A stretch of DNA of 64,000 nucleotides from Malacoraja senta (Eukaryota). The DNA is taken from NCBI GenBank assembly GCA_038087875.1, contig CM075988.1, positions 21,578,001 through 21,642,000 of the forward strand. The letters are read 5' to 3'. Shown here in pieces: positions 11,033 to 23,649 of this stretch (its first letter is position 1; each line of letters opens with the position of its first letter). The notes under the pieces are model-generated. The model saw only the letters and a list, made by a program, of their open reading frames with translations, was not told the DNA's origin and ran no database searches. The position numbers and the translations under genes were made by a program.

Positions 11033-11744
11033 TATTTACACAGTGGATGGCTTGTAACGTGTCCCTAATGTGTGTAGGATAGTGTTAGTGCGCGGGGATC
11101 GCCGGTCGGCGCGGAATCGGTGGCCTGTTTCCGCGCTGTATCTCTAAACACTGAAACTAAAACAAAAAAAACAACACTTATGATCTAAACGAAACTAAAC
11201 CAAACTGAAGCGATCCACAAACCACTGATCATCAAAAGCCAGCCCTTTTCGGTTTTGATGGCGAGATCGTTCCCTCCATCCCTGTCAGTTGCCGGGCACT
11301 GGGCAGTCTGTCTGACAACATGGATGTTGTTTGCTTGACCACTCTCCCACTTTGCTTAATGAAATCAATGAATACATCCTCTTAGTGTTTCCCAGCTCGG
11401 GCGAGATGTGAAATGTTTTGCATAGCCACCGGAACATTAAGTGTGTATAGTAATCATTCTTTGGGTGGAGATGTAAGACAATAATTCGATATTTCTGTCT
11501 GAGAATGATTGGAACTTTTTTATGCTTACTGACTGTATTGCAAATATATAGCCACTGTTACAGTGAAGCCAATCGTCAGACTGCTAATTAACTTGACAAG
11601 CAATCAGGTTAAGAGCCTGCACTGATTGACTTTGCTGAATTACTTCAAAAGTCACCCCTGCAAAACCGCCGCTTGTATCTCACACTGACGCACCTCATCC
11701 TGTGGCTCATCGATGGCTGACCAAGCTAAGCTGCGCTCTGAACT

Positions 11745-12456
11745 TTAGTTTAGTTTAGTTTAGAGATACAGCCTGGAAACAGGCCCTTCGGCCCACCCAG
11801 TCCGCCCCGACCAGCTATCCCAACACACAAACACCATCCTACACACACTAGGAACAATTTACAATTTTACACCAAGCCAATTAACCTGCAAACCTGCACG
11901 TCTTTGGAGTGCGGGAGGAAACCGGAGAAAAACCCAGGCGGGTCACGGGGAGGACGTACAAACTCCGTACAGACAGCACCCGTAGTCAGGATCGAACCTG
12001 GGTAGCTAGCTCTGTGAGGCAGCAACTCGACCGCTGCATCACCGTGCCGCCACCGTGTGAAGCTCATGGTGTTTTTAAACGACAAGGACTTCAAAAATGT
12101 ATGTAGGAAGGAACTGCAGATGCTGGTTTACACCGAAGATGGACACAAAGTGCTGGAGTCACTCCAATGGAATGGTAGAGTTGATGCCTTACAGCGCCAG
12201 AGACCCCGGTTCGATCCTGACTACGGGTGCTGTCTGTATGGAGTTTGTACTTTCTCCCCGTGACCTACATGGGTTTTCCCGGATGCTCCATTTTCCTCCC
12301 ACACTCCAAAGATGTGCAGGTTGAAGGTTAAATGGCTTCAGTAAAATTGTAACTTGTCCTTAGTGTGTGTAGGATAGTATTAATCGCTGGTCGGCTTTGG
12401 ACTCGGTGGGCCGAACGGCCTGTTTCCGCGCTGTATGTCTAAACCAAACTAAACTA
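11745..12456. mobile_element. Head-to-head HE1-like SINE pair (11745-12056 -, 12170-12456 +)
   Basis: Both copies match the SINE consensus. Confidence 0.85.
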
Positions 12457-12459
12457 AAA

Positions 12460-12890
12460 TCAACTCAGCAGGTCAGGTAACATTTCTGGAGAAAAGGAAT
12501 AGGTGACGTTTCGGGTCGAGTTCCTTCTTCAGACTGAGAGTTAGGGGGTGAGGGATACTAGAGGTATGAAAAAGTACAGAACAGACAACCAGCACTGAGA
12601 CTGAAGAAAGTTGGAGCCCACAATGGTCCATTGTTGGCTGTGGAATAGGTGCAAATAAAAGGATACCAGTGAAACAAGCAAGGTGAATAGGACAGAGAGA
12701 GGGGAATACAATCGCTACTTGCAATTAGAGAAATCTAATTGCAAGTTGGGGTGTAAGCTGCCCAAGTAAATATGAGGTGGTGTTCCTCCAATTTGTGTTG
12801 AGTCCAGGACAGAAAGGTCAGTGTGGGAATGGGAGGGGAGTTAAAATGTTGGCAACCAGGAGATCAGGTAGGCCAAGGCAGACTGACCAA
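12460..12890 (-). mobile_element. Penelope-like fragment
   Basis: Hammerhead-bearing tail plus tatgaggtg..gttcctccaatttg (reverse of GIY-YIG EEHHLIF). Confidence 0.7.
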
Positions 12891-13009
12891 AAACAGCTCT
12901 GTTTGTCAATTACACCAATTACAGTGAGTTGCTCACTAATCATTAATGATCAGTTTTCAGTGTAAGCACAGCATCAGTTATAAAAGGAGCTCCCAGGCAT
13001 GTATGCTCA

Positions 13010-13578
13010 GCATGGAAACAGGCCCTTCGGCCCAACTTGCCCATGCCAACCTACATGTCCCATCTACACTAGTCCCACCTGGCTGCATTTGGCCCATATC
13101 CCTTCAAACCTGTCCTATCCATATACCTGTCCAACTGTTTCTTAAACGTTGCGATAACCCCTGCCTCAACTACCTCCTCCGGTAGCTCGTTCCATACACC
13201 CACCGCCCTTTGTGTGAAAAAGTTACCCCTCATATTCCCATTAAATCTTTTTCCCCTTCACCGTAAACCTATGCCCTCTGGTCCTCGATTCTCCTACTCC
13301 AGGCCAGAGGACATAGGTTTAAGGTGAGGGTGGAAAGATTTAAAAGGAACCCGAGGGGTAACGTTTTCACACAAAGGGTGGTGGGTTTATGGAACTAGCT
13401 GCCGGAGGAGGTAGGTGAGGCAGGGCTATCGCAATGCTTAAGAAACATTAAGGATAGGACAGGTAGTGGGATATGGACCACACGCTGGCAGGGGGACTAG
13501 TGTAGCTGGGTGATGTTGGCCGGTGTGGGCAATGTTGGGCTGAAGGGCTTGTTACCACACTGTTTCACTCTATGACTC
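13010..13578. mobile_element. Fold-back pair of CR1 3' ends
   Basis: 13010-13281 and 13304-13578 are diverged reverse complements. Confidence 0.75.
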
Positions 13579-14260
13579 GACAACCATGCAGCACTCACCC
13601 ATATATCCTGCTCAGTAACGGAGACTGAAGCACAGGTGACCAGCCGGGAGCCTTCACCAGTGACTCAGTGTTTACCTGCTGTGATTCTCCTGCCTTCACT
13701 GTTAAATGCCAAAACGCAGACTTCATGTGCAATGCCCGGCTGCCTTTTCCATACAGTTGTTTTCGTATTCTGCTTTCCGCTGATTTTTTTGGGAGTTAAG
13801 TGGCTTCCCGCTAACAGCAACAGAACATGTATTTTTATAATGAAGGTACACTTCAATCCTGCTCTGATTTATATTGTACTAGCTGACATAATGTTTTCGT
13901 CCCTTGGCTCGAGTCAGTGCTGCAATCATAGCACAGACCTTATTGAAGAGTGTTGAAAGCCTGCCTTCTGCAATCCTTGTCACGGCAGAGTGCATCTTCA
14001 CATGGCTTCAAGGGATTGCGTTTTCACTCTCACCTTTGTGCGGCTCTTCCTTTGCACATCCATCAGTTCCCCAGGGAGCTGCCAGGTCAGAATCCGCCCC
14101 TCCACCCACCGAGGAACCGTGCCAGGAGAGTTGAATGGTTTTTCGAACACGCCCTGATTCTAGATCAGTGGCAGCCCCCTGCTGATTCACTGTGTGCCCG
14201 TGACACTATGCCTTCTAATGTCCCCCTCAGCATTGTTCAACAGCTGTATCTTCACTCAAT

Positions 14261-15047
14261 GATAGACAGTAGACAATAGGGGCAGGAGTAGGCCATTCGG
14301 CCCTTCGAGCCAGCACCGCCATTCAATGTGATCATGGCTGATCATCCCCAATCAGTACCCCGTTCTTGCCTACTCCCCATATCCCCTGACTCCGCTATTT
14401 TTAAGAGCCCTATCTAGCTCTCTCTTGAAAGCATCCAGAAAACCTGCTTCCGCCCTCTGAGGCAGAGAATTGTACAGACTCACCACTCTCTGTGAGAAAA
14501 CGTGTTTCCTCATCTCCGTTCTAAATGGCTTACTCCTTATTCTTAAACTGTGGCCCCTGGTTCTGGACTCCCCCAACATCGGGAACATGTTTACTGCCTC
14601 TAGCATGTCCAAGCCCTTAACAATCTTATATGTTTCAATGAGATCACCTCATCCTTCTAAACTCCAGAGTGTACAAGCCCAGCTGCTCCATTCTCTCAGC
14701 ATATGACAGTCCCGCCATCCGGGAATTAACCTTGTAAACTCCCTCAATAGCAAGAATGTCCTTCCTCAAATTAGGGGACCAAAACTGCACACAATACTCC
14801 AGGTGTGGTCTCACTAGGGCTCTGTACAACTGCAGAAGGACCTCTTTGCTCCTATATTCGATTCCTCTTGTTATAAATGCCAACATGCCATTCGCTTTCT
14901 TCACTGCCTGCTGTACCTGCATGCTTACTTTCATAGACTGATGTACAAGGACCCCCAGATCCCGTTGTACTTCCCCTTTTCCCAACTTGACGCCATTTAG
15001 ATAGTAATCTGCCTTCCTGTTTTTGCTACCAAAGTGGATAACCTCAC
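14261..15047 (-). mobile_element. CR1/HER1 LINE ORF2 3' fragment, frameshifted
   Basis: ORF track gives QRDLGVLVHQSMKVSMQVQQAVKKANGMLAFI..LYRALVRPHLEYCVQFWSP and TRGH..FSQRVV, followed by the tail. Confidence 0.95.
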
Positions 15048-15057
15048 AATAGCAAGA

Positions 15058-16120
15058 CATGTGTTGTTAAACAAAGTGATCTTTATTGAGTTAAACCAAG
15101 AACTGCTCACACACGACTGGGGAGAGTTCTCCCAAAGTTCTACATATATAACAGGGCACACACCCCAAAGTCACGTGACGCCTTCTTCCTGCCAAACATA
15201 GTCACGTGACCCTGCCCAGTCCTAGGGCCCAGGGTTCGACCAATAAGTGGCCCAACCACCGGGTGGCGCCACGCCGACAAAGTGACAAAGGTTCACTGAA
15301 TAGTCCGATCTACTGCCTGCCGCCGCACTTGGCAACAGCCCCCCACCGGGAAGCTCAGTGGCCCTCGGCTCTCTTGACAGCCCTATCTCGCTCTCCGATA
15401 GCCCACCTTAGTTTAGCTTAGAGATACGGCGCGGAAACAAGCTCTTCGGCCCGTCATGTCCGCACCGACCAGCGATCCCCTGCACATTAACACAAGCCTA
15501 TACAAACCGGGAACAATTTACACTTATACCAAGTATACAAACCCAAGCCAATTAACCTGCAAACCTGCACGTCTTTTGAGTGTGGGAGTAATCCAAAGAT
15601 CTCGGAGAAAACTCATGGGGGTCTTGGGGAGAAAGGTGCAAACTCCATACAGACAGTGCCTGTGGTCGGGATCGAACCCGGGTCTCCGGCGCTGCAAGCG
15701 CTGTAAAGCAGCAACTCTACCATTACTCGGCTTCGGACTCCACGCTAACAAGCCTCGCTGAGCCAGTCAGGCCTTCACCAGGTCTCCATCCAGTCGGGTC
15801 ATCTGGTGTGAGTGAGGTGCTCTCGGGGGCCGCTGTACTTGGCGCAGGAGCGACTCGTCTCCCTCTCCTCATCCTCGTCGATCACTTCGACCATCTGGCG
15901 ATCAAAAGATGGAGCGGGTCAGACGGGTCAGGATGCACACGTCCGCCGGCAGTGGGGGCTAAAGCGTGCCCAGCTTCGCCCCCATCACGATGGCCATCAA
16001 GATTGGCGGAAGTGTGGACTAGCCGGGACATTGAACAACTGATGAGGCCACAGCTCCTTGGCCTCAGCCCACCTGGGAACTGATGCCTTAACATGGGGAT
16101 CATCTGCGGTCATCTTTTCT
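15058..16120 (-). mobile_element. Possible LTR-retroelement-like remnant interrupted by a SINE
   Basis: AATAAA and TATATA on the minus strand, two gtcacgtgac palindromes and GC-rich degraded sequence. No recognisable protein motif. Confidence 0.3.
15408..15722 (-). mobile_element. HE1-like SINE
   Basis: Consensus match. Confidence 0.85.
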
Positions 16121-16310
16121 TCATGGTCAGTCTAGACTGATCACTGATTCCACCACCTCCAATTTACAGCGCCATCCACCAACACATCCCCAAGAAAGTG
16201 GACACCCGAGAGAAACCACATTGCCATGGGGATTGATCCCAGCATTTCCGCGCAAAGACTTGGCAGATGAAGCACTTTGCCTCCAGCTTTCTCCTGACAA
16301 AGTCCTTGAA

Positions 16311-16718
16311 CTTTTAGTTTTGTTAGTTTGAGAGATACAGAGCGGAAACAGGCCCTCGGCCCACCGAGTCCGCGCCGACCAGCGATCCCCGTACACTACC
16401 ACTATCCTACACACACTAGGGACAATTTACAATCTTTACCATAGCCAATTAACCTACAAAACTGTACGACTTTGGAGTGTGGGAGGAAACCGGAGCACCC
16501 GGAGAAAACCCACGCGGTCCCGGGGAGAACGTACAAAGTCCATACAGACAGCAAGGGTTGTAAGTCTGAAGAAGGGTTTTGACCCGAAACCATCACCTCT
16601 TCCTTTTCTCCAGAGATGTTGCCTGATCCGCTGAGTTACTCCAGCATTTTGTGCTTATCTACCTGCAGTCTCTGGCAATGTAAGGCAGCAACTCCACCGC
16701 TGCCTACCGTGCTGCCCC
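16311..16718 (-). mobile_element. HE1-like SINE split by a Penelope-like fragment (about 16560-16660 +)
   Basis: SINE sequence resumes at gtctctggcaatgtaaggcagc. Confidence 0.8.
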
Positions 16719-17570
16719 CTAACTGATCAGTGTTGACAAATAAATAATTAATAAACAATCTTTTTCCCTTCCGGAATTATTTTCCTTTGGTCAGGCAGAG
16801 GGATTGAGTTGGGGATGGGAAGTGTTCAATTGGAAGTCCCACGTCATTGAAGCCAATTTGCCACAAATTGAAACGTTGATCATAAAGTATCTAATTAATT
16901 TTCCATATTACAATTGAAAGGTTATGAATTTATCCAATGAGTTTGACCCTCTCTGCAGATGACATATTTTCAATTAAGACCGAACATTGCTCATTCTATA
17001 GAATTTAACATTGAATCTTGCACACTTCCTCCTATTGAAATGGTCAGCAACTTTTCTATTAACCTGCACTGGTAATTTCTGGGAAGAGTTATGCAAGAAG
17101 GACACTCCACGAGATTTCTATCAGAGAGAGAATTCTTAATTTTAAAAAGATTTCCTGTTGTAGTTTTGTGAAACTTGGTTTGGTCGTCACAGCTTGAGCT
17201 CCACCAAGACCACAAGATTTTTGCTCGAATTGTGGACGCAGCCCAGACCAACACACAAACCGACCTCACTTCTATTGACTCCATTTATACCTCACGCTGC
17301 CTCGACAAGACAGCAGCATAATCAAGGACGAGGCGTACCCTGGCAACTCCCTCCTCTCCCCACTCCCATCATTATATTCTGCACTCAGTGGGGCAGGCAC
17401 GAAGGGCCGAATGGCCAACTCCTGCACCTATTGTCTATTGTCTATCTTCCCCTTTGCTCTACCTATTGTGCGTCAGTTGCATTTATCTATGGTGTATCTG
17501 ATCTGTTTGTATGGCATACAAAACAAAAGGTTTTTCACTATACTTCGATACACATGATAATAATTAACCT

Positions 17571-18029
17571 GTTCAAGAAGGAACTGCAATTGCTGGAAAA
17601 TCGAAGGTAGACAAAAATGCTGGAGAAACTCAGCAGGTGAGGCAGCATCTATGGAGCGAAGGAAATAGGCAACGTTTCGGGCTCAGCACTTCAGCTCCCA
17701 CTCCCATTCCATATCTGACCTTTCTGTCCTGGGCCTCCTCTATGGCCAGAGTGAGCACCACCGGAAATTGGAGGAGCAGCACCTCATATTCCGCTTGGCA
17801 GTCTGCACCCTAGCGGCATAAACATTGACTTCTCCAATTTCCGGTAGCCCCTTGCTGTCTCCTCCCCTTCCCAGCTCCCCCTCAGCCCTCTGGCTCCTCC
17901 TCTTCCTTTCTTCTTCCCGCCTTCTTCAGTCTGAAGAAGGGTTTCGGCCCGAAACGGCGCCTATTTCCTTCGCTCCATAGATGCTGCCTCACCCGCTGAG
18001 TTTCTCCGGCACTTTTGTCAACCTATAAA
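17571..18029 (+). mobile_element. Penelope-like element with inverted 5' segment
   Basis: 17571-17681 is an inverted copy of the 3' end. The body encodes LSVLGLL..RKLEEQHLIFRL and is flanked by the direct repeat aattaacct. Confidence 0.8.
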
Positions 18030-18095
18030 AATTAACCTAAACAAAAACCTCATTGTTCTCTCCCATTATAATAAAAATACATCTAGTTTAGTTTA

Positions 18096-18343
18096 AGGGC
18101 CTGTCTCACTTTACCGACCAAAGTCATGACCTTTTTTACTCGTGGCCATTTTTCATCACGTTGGAAAAACACCCCGACCTACTTGATGCCACGAGTACCT
18201 ACGACTAGCATCACGAACTGCTACGACCTACCTACGACCTACCTACGACCTCCTACACCCTCGTGACGACCATGCTGCGAGTATGAGTCAAGGGCAAACT
18301 CGGCAGAGGTCGTGAATTAAGTCGTGAATGTGGGACAGGCCCT
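18096..18343. mobile_element. PIF/Harbinger-like MITE (family A-related)
   Basis: agggcctgtctcac...gtgggacaggccct with TTA on both sides. Confidence 0.85.
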
Positions 18344-18345
18344 TT

Positions 18346-18600
18346 AGTCTGCACCGACCAATGATCACCCCGTACACAAGCCCTATCCTACACACACTAG
18401 GGGACAATTTATCATCTTTACCAAAGCCAATTAACCTACAAACCTGCACGTCTTTGGAGTGTGGGAGGAAACTGGTGCACTCGGGGAAAACCCACGCAGG
18501 TCACGGGGGGAACGTACAAACTCCGTACAGACAGCACCCGTAGTCAGGATCGAACCCAGGTCTGTGGCGCTGTGAAGTAGCAATTGTACCGCTGCGCAAC
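18346..18600 (-). mobile_element. HE1-like SINE
   Basis: Consensus match. Confidence 0.85.
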
Positions 18601-18860
18601 TTTCATCTCTGAAGAAGAGATGACTGGCAATGTGAGACGTGGGTCTGATATTCTGACTTGTGGTGAAACTGCCAATCTAAGCATCCTTCACAGTTAGATT
18701 TCTAAGCATTCACTTATTTTCCACACTGCCAACAATTTAATGGGAAGCCCATGCATTTATGAATCTCAGCAGAGTGCAGAACCTAATACAAAATAACAAA
18801 TTGGAAGCAAGGCGCAAGCTGAATTGAATTGCTTTCAATTTTGTGTTGCAATTAAATTAG

Positions 18861-19046
18861 AACAGCTCATAGAATTTGGGAGGGATTAAATGACAAAGCA
18901 TGCCAGACACAAACCTACTGGCTGCCTGACGATCCAACCATGAAGCACTCGTTTCACACCCCCACGGACTATTCGGAGTACGTTTCGAGTAATGCGGGAG
19001 GAAGCAATTTTCATGCTGTTTTTAAAGGATTGTTCTCCCACTTAAG
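18861..19046 (+). CDS. Candidate coding exon (phase 2 to 2): TAHRIWEGLNDKACQTQTYWLPDDPTMKHSFHTPTDYSEYVSSNAGGSNFHAVFKGLFSHL
   Basis: 186-nt stop-free frame bounded by attaaattag| and a consensus donor AAG|gtgagt, in unique sequence. Confidence 0.6.
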
Positions 19047-20014
19047 GTGAGTAATATTGATGGCAGAATTCCAGTCTGAGCACTGGCACAACTCAAGTGC
19101 GGCAGAGTAACAAATACAGAAAGGCACCTGCATTCACACAGGGGAACAGGCTGCCAGGAGTGGCGGCGGAGGCATATACATGTTCATTAGTTCATAAGTC
19201 ATAGGAACAGAATTAGGCCGTTCGGCTCATCGAGTCTACCCTACCATTCAATCGCGGCTGATCTGTCATTCCCTCTACGCCCCATTCTCCTGCCTTCTCC
19301 CTGACATCCTCCCAATTCTCCCCTCAATGTCGGGTCACACCCCGCCCAATCCCTCTTCTCCACTCTCCCATCGGGCAAACGGTATAGAAGTGTGAAACCG
19401 TACACATCCAGATTTAGGGACAGTTTCATCCCAGCTGTTATCAAGCAACTGAACCATCCTACAAAACAACAGGGGAGCAGTACTGAGCTACAATCTAACA
19501 CAGCGTAGACCCACGGACTATCCTTGATCGGACTTTGCTGGCTTTGCCTTGCACTAAACGTTATTCCGTCACTAAACGGACTATCGTTGGTCTGACTTTA
19601 CTAGACTTTATCTAACACTAACCGTTATTCATGTTATTCCCTTATCATGTATATGTACACTGTGGATGGCTCGATTGTAATCATGTATTGTCTTTCCTCT
19701 GGCTGGTTAGTATGCAACAATGGTACATGTGACAATAACCTAAATTCATGTCACCCTTGCCAATCTAGAACCTGTCAATCTCCGCTTTAAAAATACCCAA
19801 TGACTTGGCCTCCACAGCCGTCTGTGGCAATGAATTCCACAGATTCACCACCGTCTGACTAGTGGTATTGAAGAGGCTTTTAGACAGGCACACGGATATG
19901 CAAGGAACAGGGAAATATGGACCATGTACAGGAAGATAAGACTTGGCCTTGGCATTATGTTCGACACAGACACCGAGGGCCAAAGGGACTGTTCCTGTGC
20001 TGTAATGTTCTATG

Positions 20015-20210
20015 TGCAGGAAGGAACTGCAGATGCCGGTTTAAACTGAAGCTGAGACAAAAAGCTGGAGTAACTCAGCGAGACAGGCAGCATCACTGGA
20101 GAGAAGGAATGGGTGACGTTTCAGGTTGAGACCCTAAAAGTTACCCATTCCTTCTCTCCAGAGGTGCTGCCTGTCCTGCTGAGTTACTCCAGCATTTTGT
20201 GTCTATCTTC
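20015..20210. mobile_element. Penelope-like fold-back (hairpin) fragment
   Basis: The two arms are reverse complements centred near 20130. Confidence 0.75.
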
Positions 20211-20434
20211 TATATAGAGCATTCTAAAATGGTATGGCACTTGGTATTAGGGCCGACACTGTGGTGGCGAGAACATTAGCAATGTGAACCTGCGTTGAAA
20301 TGGAGGATCTTCAAAAGGAAGATCATGCAGGAAATGGTTATTGCATCTAAATATTACAATGTGGTTTTTCGTCTTTGTTTAATTGTGATTCTATTTTAGG
20401 TTACGTATTTAGTTTCATTTGTTTTTAATTTCGT

Positions 20435-20697
20435 TTAGAGATACAGCGCAGAAACAGGCCCTTCGGCCCACCGAGTCCGCGTGGACCAGCCAATCCGTAC
20501 ACTCTCTACACACTAGGGAGAATTTACAACCTTACCGAAACCTGCACGTCTTTGGAATGTGGGAGGAAACCAGAGATCCCGGGGAAAACCCACGGGAGAA
20601 CGTACAAACTCTGTACAGACAGCACCCGCGGTCAGGATCGAGCCCGGGGTCTCTGGCGCTGTGAGGCAGCAACTCTACCGCTGCGCCACTCTGCTGT
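20435..20697 (-). mobile_element. HE1-like SINE with internal deletions
   Basis: Consensus match. Confidence 0.8.
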
Positions 20698-21011
20698 CGA
20701 TGAACATCTAATAGATCCTAAAATAATGTAAAAATAATCGCTCATATTAATCTTGACCCGCTCGAAGGCCAATGAATGTGATGTTTTTTTCCTGTACTGT
20801 GCAGAAGGGTTTTGCCAATATTCTACGGGTCGCGCCCTTTGCTCTTCACGTGACTGTTTGCTCCGTAGGTTTTGTTTTCTTGGGCTGCCGCCCGGTTAAT
20901 GAAATTCATGGAATTGTTATCCGTTGGGAATGCGGATGCATTTGCATAAAAAGCCAAAGTTAGAAGGTTAAACATCCCGGCTAATCCATCAATTTGAAAT
21001 TCTATTTATAG

Positions 21012-21642
21012 GCCACCATAGACTCCACAGTCAGAAAGGCACAACAGAGGATGTACTTCCTGCGGCAGCTGAGGAAGCACAATCTGCCACAGGCAATGAT
21101 GGTCCAATTCTACACGGCCATCGTAGAGTCTGTCCTCACCTTCTCCGTCATGGTCTGGTTTGGCTCAGCCACCAAGCACGACACCTGGAGGCTGCAGCGA
21201 ATCGTCCGATCAGCAGAGAAGGTTATTGGCTGCAACCTTCCCTCCATTGACGAACTGTACACTGCAAGGGCCAGGAAGCGAGCGGGCAAGATCATCTCTG
21301 ACCCCTCTCACCCTGGCCACAATCTCTTTGAATCACTTCCCTCTGGAAGGCGACTCCGGATTGTCAAAGCTGCCACAGCCAGACATAAAAACAGTTTTTA
21401 TCCACGAGTAGTTGCTCTACTCAACAGCCAAAAATCTGTAGCTTCCCTTTGATCTGGTATTTTGTTGGTTCACATGCTTGATCAATGGTGTTTTATCATT
21501 AATGTCTTATTATTATTAATGTTTAGTGTTTGAGTCATTCGTAACTGTCACTGTATGTCATGTTGTTACTTGTGGGCGGAGCACCAAGCCAGATTCATTG
21601 TATGTGAATACTTGGCCAATAAACTTACTTACTTACTTACTT
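21012..21642 (+). mobile_element. Rex1/Babar-clade LINE 3' fragment
   Basis: Uninterrupted ORF2 C-terminus KAQQRMYFLRQLRK..FYTAIVESVLT..LPSGRR..KNSFYP, then AATAAA and a (TTAC)n tail. A short copy of the same tail lies at 33791-33882. Confidence 0.9.
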
Positions 21643-21914
21643 AGGTTTCCAACGTTATAGGTAAAATGGTCAGTAAGGACATGGGAGACCGCAGGGGCCC
21701 AGGGTTCTTGTGCAGTGTAGCACAGCCATTGCTTCAGAAGAGAACTACTAAATATTTGTGATCCCTGATCCATAATTCACAAACTACTCTGCAATTGGTG
21801 GATTGTGAATGCTGATATTATTAACAGTTATATATTCTTAGAGCTCATGAGAAACTGTTGTACATTGTGGCCATGTGTAACCTAATATTGCTGCACTTCC
21901 AAATATATAGCTTC

Positions 21915-22840
21915 GGTGTGGTGGTGCAGCGTCAGAGATCCGGGTTCGATCCTGACTACGGAGTTTGTACATTCTCCCCGTGACCGCGTGGGTTTTCTCC
22001 GGGTGCTCCGGTTTCCTCCCACACTCCAAAGACGTACAGGTTTGTAGGTTAATTGGCTTCGTTAAAATTGTAAATTGTCTCTAGAGTGTGTAGGATAGAA
22101 CTAGTGCACAGGGCGGTCGATGGTCGGTGAGAGGGGAAAGATTTAATAGGAACCTGAGTGGATATATGGAACGGGCTGCTCGGGAAGGTAGTTGAGGAAG
22201 GACTATAACAACATTTAAAGGGATATGAGCCAAATTTAGTGCAGTTTAGAGAAACAGTGCAGAAACAGGTCCTTCGGCCTACCGAGTACGCGCCGACCAG
22301 TGATCACCACACATCAACAATATCCTACACACACTAGGGACAATTTACAATTATACCAAGCCAATTAACCCTCAAACCTCTACGTCTTTCGAGTGTGGGA
22401 GGAAACCAATGATCTTGGGGAGAACATACAAACTCCATACAGACAGCACCAGTAGTCAGGATCGAACCCGGGTCTCTGGCGCTGTAAGGCAGCAACTCTA
22501 CCGCTGCAGGCAAATGGGACCAGCTTAGATGGGCGATCTTGGTCGGCATGGATGTATTCGCCTCACAGCGCCAGAGACTCGGGTTCGATCCTGACTATGG
22601 GTGCTGTCTGTACGGAGTTTGTACAATCTCCCCGTGACTGTGTGGGTTTTCTCCGGGTGCGCTGGTTTCCTCCCACATTCCAAAGACTTGCAGGTTTGTA
22701 GGTTAATTGGCTTGGTAAAAGTGTGAATTGTCCCTAGTGTGTGTAGGATGGTGTTAATGTGCGGGGATCACTGGTCGGTGAGGACTCGGTGGGCCGAAGG
22801 GCCTGTTTCCGCGCTGTATCTCTAAGCTAAACTAAACTAA
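21915..22840. mobile_element. Three HE1-like SINEs (21915-22130 +, 22235-22506 -, 22560-22840 +) with CR1 remnants
   Basis: Consensus matches. Confidence 0.85.
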
Positions 22841-23277
22841 GATTGAATATTCCTGTTCCAGGACTGGCTAATGTCAGACGTGCAAAGCTGGACCTCAATT
22901 ACTCACTGGTGAAGGCTGGAAAAAATCCGTTCTAATTCTTCCCTTGGGCGACTGGGAGGTTCAGTGAGGCCATCATTATCTTTCCAATCCTGCACACACT
23001 GACTGAACAACATCTGTTGGCCGTAAGAATCGTGTGGCAAACTACTTCAGCAGTTACAGTTAAACTGCAATGCTGACTTAAATCCCAGCTTGCTGGCCTG
23101 TGTTACAGTTAAGTTCATTGTCACGTGTACCAAGGTGCAGTGAAAAGCTATTGTTGCGTGCTATCCAGTCAGCAGAAGGACAATACGTGATTACAGTCGA
23201 GCCATTTACAGTGTATAGATAAATGGTAAGGGCATAAAGTTTAGTGCAAGGTTAAGCCAGCAAAGTCCGATCGAAGA

Positions 23278-23649
23278 TAGTCCGAGGTTTACCAATGAAG
23301 TCGCTCGCCTCTCTTCCAGTTTTCTTCACACTCCCCCCCTCCCCACTCCTCCAATCAGTCTGAGGAAGGGTCTCGACCCGAACCGTCACCTGTCCATGTT
23401 CTCCAGAGATGCTGCCTGACCCTCTGAGTTACTCCAGCACTTGGTCCTTATCTAATCAACAGAGGTTGTGTAGAATAGTAGGTAGACAATAATGCTGGAG
23501 AAACTCAGCGGGTGAGGCAGCATCTATGAAGAGAAGGAATAGGCGACCATTCGGGTTGAGACCCTTCTTCAGACTGATTGGAGGGGTGGGGGGTGTGTGA
23601 AGAAAGCTGGAAGAGAGGAGAGCTACCTCATTGGTGACCCTCGGACTAG
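23278..23649. repeat. Local inverted duplication of a Rex1/Penelope chimeric junction
   Basis: tagtccgagg..accaatga..ctctcttccag..ttcttcacac..ccaatcagtctga occurs forward at 23278 and reversed ending at about 23649. Confidence 0.75.

Noticed and set aside
16959..17071. Open exon-like segment (MTYFQLRPNIAHSIEFN...)
   Set aside because: Splicing it to 18861 would create TGA, and there is no independent support.
21051..21452. 133-aa ORF as a standalone gene
   Set aside because: It is the C-terminus of a 5'-truncated Rex1/Babar ORF2 followed by its tail.
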